Assembly: GCA_001604045.1 (NCBI GenBank)
Contig: LVAN01000003.1
Coordinates: forward strand, 63,765-127,764
Direction of reading: 5' to 3'
From: Clostridiales bacterium Firm_08
GTDB taxonomy: Bacteria; Bacillota; Clostridia; Oscillospirales; QAKW01
Length of the DNA stretch: 64,000 nucleotides
Below, piece by piece: positions 61,916 through 64,000 of this stretch. Positions within the stretch are counted from its first letter, which is position 1; each line of letters begins with the position of its first letter. The position numbers and the translations under genes were made by a program. The notes below the pieces were generated by a model that worked only from the letters and a program-made list of their open reading frames with translations, was not told where the DNA came from and searched no databases.

Positions 61916-63160
61916 ATGTATGATATCAAATGCGACGTGGCGGTCATCGGCGGCGGTCCCGCGGGACTTGCGGCGGCTGTGGCTGCCAAAAAAGAGGGTG
62001 CGGAAAAGGTACTGATCATCGAGCGTGATGAGAAACTCGGCGGTATCCTGCAACAGTGCATCCATCCGGGATTTGGTCTGAAACTCTTTAAAGAGGAACT
62101 CACCGGCCCCGAATATTTCGGCAGATTTGTCAAAGAAGCGAAAGAGATCGGCGTCGAGGCCCTGCTCAACAGTATGGTGCTTGAGATCGGGGACAAAGAG
62201 GTCTTCTGCATCAACTCCAAGTACGGTGTGACCCGCATCACGGCGGGCGCCATCGTGCTGGCGATGGGTTGCAGAGAGCGCACCCGCGCCAACATTCAGA
62301 TCCCGGGCACCCGTCCCGCCGGCGTTTACACCGCGGGCGCGGCGCAGAGACTTATGAACCGTCAGAACGAGATGGTCGGCAAGAAAGTCGTCATCCTCGG
62401 CTCGGGCGATATCGGTATGATCATGGCAAGACGTATGACGCTGGAAGGCGCCAAAGTCGTCGCCGTCATCGAACTGATGGACTTCCTGGCGGGTCTTACC
62501 CGCAACCGCGTCCAGTGTCTGGACGACTTCGGCATTCCGCTGATGCTGTCTCACACCATCGTTGACATCAAGGGCAACGATCGTGTTGAGGGCGTCGTCG
62601 TCGCCGAGGTGGACGCCAACAAACGTCCCGTCGCCGGCACCGAGCAGTTGTTCGAGTGCGACACGCTGCTTCTCTCCGTCGGTCTGATCCCCGAGAACGA
62701 GATCACCCGCAAGGCGAACATCAAGATCAATCCGATCACCAACGGCCCCGAGGTCAACAACTTTATGCAGACCTCCACGCCGAGCGTCTTCGCCAGCGGC
62801 AACGTCGTGCACGTCAACGATCTTGTCGATAACGTTTCCACCGAAAGCGCCATCGCCGGCGCGTCCGCCGCGAAGTTCGCGATGGGCAAGCTGGGCGGCG
62901 GCGACGAGATCACCGTCACGACCGGCAACAACGTCCGTTACGTCTGCCCGCAGAAGGTCAGCCCCAACTCGGACGAAAAAGTCAGTTTCTACTTCCGTGT
63001 GCTGGCGCCGAAAAAGGGCGTTCGCATCACCGCGAAGGACGGAGACAACGTCCTGTACACCCGTAAGGCGATCAAGGTCAATCCCGGCGAGATCGAGAAG
63101 GTCACGGTCGACCCCAAGGGCATCAAATCACTCACCGTTGAAGTGACAGAGGAGGCGTAA
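61916..63160 (+). CDS. NAD(P)/FAD-dependent (pyridine nucleotide-disulfide type) oxidoreductase
   Basis: Two dinucleotide motifs, VAVIGGGPAGLAAA and VVILGSGDIGM. Confidence 0.8.
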   Translation: MYDIKCDVAVIGGGPAGLAAAVAAKKEGAEKVLIIERDEKLGGILQQCIHPGFGLKLFKEELTGPEYFGRFVKEAKEIGVEALLNSMVLEIGDKEVFCINSKYGVTRITAGAIVLAMGCRERTRANIQIPGTRPAGVYTAGAAQRLMNRQNEMVGKKVVILGSGDIGMIMARRMTLEGAKVVAVIELMDFLAGLTRNRVQCLDDFGIPLMLSHTIVDIKGNDRVEGVVVAEVDANKRPVAGTEQLFECDTLLLSVGLIPENEITRKANIKINPITNGPEVNNFMQTSTPSVFASGNVVHVNDLVDNVSTESAIAGASAAKFAMGKLGGGDEITVTTGNNVRYVCPQKVSPNSDEKVSFYFRVLAPKKGVRITAKDGDNVLYTRKAIKVNPGEIEKVTVDPKGIKSLTVEVTEEA

Positions 63161-63165
63161 GGATC

Positions 63166-63528
63166 ATGGAAAAGGATATCATTTGCACCGTATGTCCGAC
63201 CGGCTGTACCATTCACGTGGTCGGCGATGAAAAAAGCATCACCTCGATCGAAGGGTTTACCTGCCCCCGCGGCAAGGCGTACGGAGAGGCTGAGTTTCTG
63301 GCGCCTGTCAGAACGCTGACCTCCACCGCGCTGGTGGAAGGCGGCGACAGTGTTCTGGTCGCCCTGCGTTCCGCGGGTCCCCTGCCCAAGGGCAAGATCA
63401 TGGACTGTATGAAAGAGATCCACGCTCTGCGGCTGACCGCTCCGGTCTCCTGCGGCGACGTGCTGATCCCCAACATCCTCGGCACCGGCGTCGACATCGT
63501 CGCCACCGGCAACGTTGCGAAACTGTAA
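63166..63528 (+). CDS. DUF1667 domain-containing protein
   Basis: 120 aa. CTVCPTGC..CPRG cysteine pattern. Typical third gene of this oxidoreductase trio. Confidence 0.75.
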   Translation: MEKDIICTVCPTGCTIHVVGDEKSITSIEGFTCPRGKAYGEAEFLAPVRTLTSTALVEGGDSVLVALRSAGPLPKGKIMDCMKEIHALRLTAPVSCGDVLIPNILGTGVDIVATGNVAKL

Positions 63529-63537
63529 TTTTGACCC

Positions 63538-63572
63538 GAAGACCGGACGCGTTCTTACGCGTCCGGTTTTTT
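63538..63572 (+). terminator. rho-independent terminator
   Basis: ACCGGACGCG-ttctta-CGCGTCCGGT followed by TTTTTTT. Confidence 0.85.
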
Positions 63573-63620
63573 TCGTGAAATGCAACTCTTTCATAACGCG
63601 TTTCAACTTTTTCAGAAGTA

Positions 63621-63649
63621 TTGACTTCCGGTAGGATGTATGGTATTTT
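63621..63649 (+). promoter_or_regulatory. candidate sigma-A promoter
   Basis: TTGACT, 17 nt, TATTTT. Confidence 0.45.
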
Positions 63650-63681
63650 GTAGGCAAAGAATATGAAAGGAAGCAAGTGTT

Positions 63682-64000
63682 ATGCAAAGTTTTGATTTCC
63701 GTTATCTTTCCCAGGAGGATATCCTCGATCTTAACATCCCCTACATTGACGTCATCAACGCCGTCGAGGACGTTATGAGCAAATTCGCCAAAGGACTTTG
63801 CCAGCTGCCGGTAAAGATCCACGTCAATACCCGTGAGGCGACCTACATCAACGCCATGCCCGCTTACATCGGCGGGGAAAGGGAAGCCACCGGTATGAAA
63901 TGGGTCGCGGGGTATCCCGAAAACCGCGCCAAGGGAATGCCCGTCACCTGGGGACTGATGGTCATGAACGACTCCGACACCGGCGCCGTCAAGGCTGTCA
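63682..64000 (+). CDS. ornithine cyclodeaminase/mu-crystallin family protein, N-terminal fragment (runs off window end)
   Basis: ATG 63682. My translation MQSFDFRYLSQEDILDLNIPYIDVINAVEDVMSKFAKGLCQLPVKIHVN..INAMPAYIGG..GMKWVAGYPEN resembles the OCD-family N-terminus. Open-ended, so not in the ORF track. Confidence 0.65.
   Translation, partial: MQSFDFRYLSQEDILDLNIPYIDVINAVEDVMSKFAKGLCQLPVKIHVNTREATYINAMPAYIGGEREATGMKWVAGYPENRAKGMPVTWGLMVMNDSDTGAVKAV

Noticed and set aside
1-64000. Prophage, integrative element, defence island, toxin-antitoxin type II pair, retron or biosynthetic gene cluster.
   Set aside because: Every substantial ORF is accounted for by housekeeping, transport, regulatory or surface-protein functions. 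No integrase, transposase, reverse transcriptase, nuclease-ATPase pairs, phage structural genes or core biosynthetic enzymes were recognised.

Overview
This is a high-GC (about 60%) chromosomal window from a Clostridia-like Firmicute, densely packed with housekeeping genes. All protein calls come from motifs I recognise by eye; no searches were run.

Gene content in order:
- Partial aconitase, a GntR regulator and a Re-citrate-synthase-like gene in one operon, then tRNA-Pro.
- A long minus-strand block: M23 peptidase, phosphohexomutase, an SLH-anchored phosphodiester glycosidase, prmC and DUF1385.
- ECF-S component plus pyridoxal kinase, yebC, two sugar-type dehydrogenases, gatCA, and SRP RNA-dnaX-ybaB-recR.
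- Phosphosugar mutase, Dabb protein and a nucleotidyltransferase, then mfd, prmA-rsmE, secG and rsmA.
- An LRR+SLH protein, a truncated glmU-like gene with glmS and glmM, and a 1652-aa SLH exoprotein.
- A two-component system, an esterase, a glutaminase-like protein, birA, trkAH, a GLUG-repeat protein, galK and tRNA-Gln.
- An amino-acid ABC transporter, a clan GH-A hydrolase, a DeoR-linked glpA-like/FAD-oxidoreductase/DUF1667 cluster, and a partial ornithine-cyclodeaminase-family gene.

I found no prophage, integrase, transposase, CRISPR array or recognisable multi-gene defence or novel-enzyme island.

The unexplained signals are small or non-coding:
1. An AT-rich island with two convergent, overlapping mini transcription units, laid out like a type I toxin-antitoxin locus.
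2. A 34-bp perfect duplication of the tRNA-Pro 3' end bracketing a 361-bp non-coding insert. The insert holds an inverted tRNA fragment and a 177-nt extended hairpin.
3. A structured module conserved downstream of both tRNA loci, expanded at the first locus into an array of short GC hairpins.
4. A cluster of DnaA-box-like motifs upstream of secG.
5. A GlmU homolog lacking the uridylyltransferase motif region.
6. An A8 tract at the tau/gamma boundary of dnaX.
7. Several perfect palindromes at promoters or leaders.
8. An uncharacterised C-terminal domain shared by two secreted proteins.
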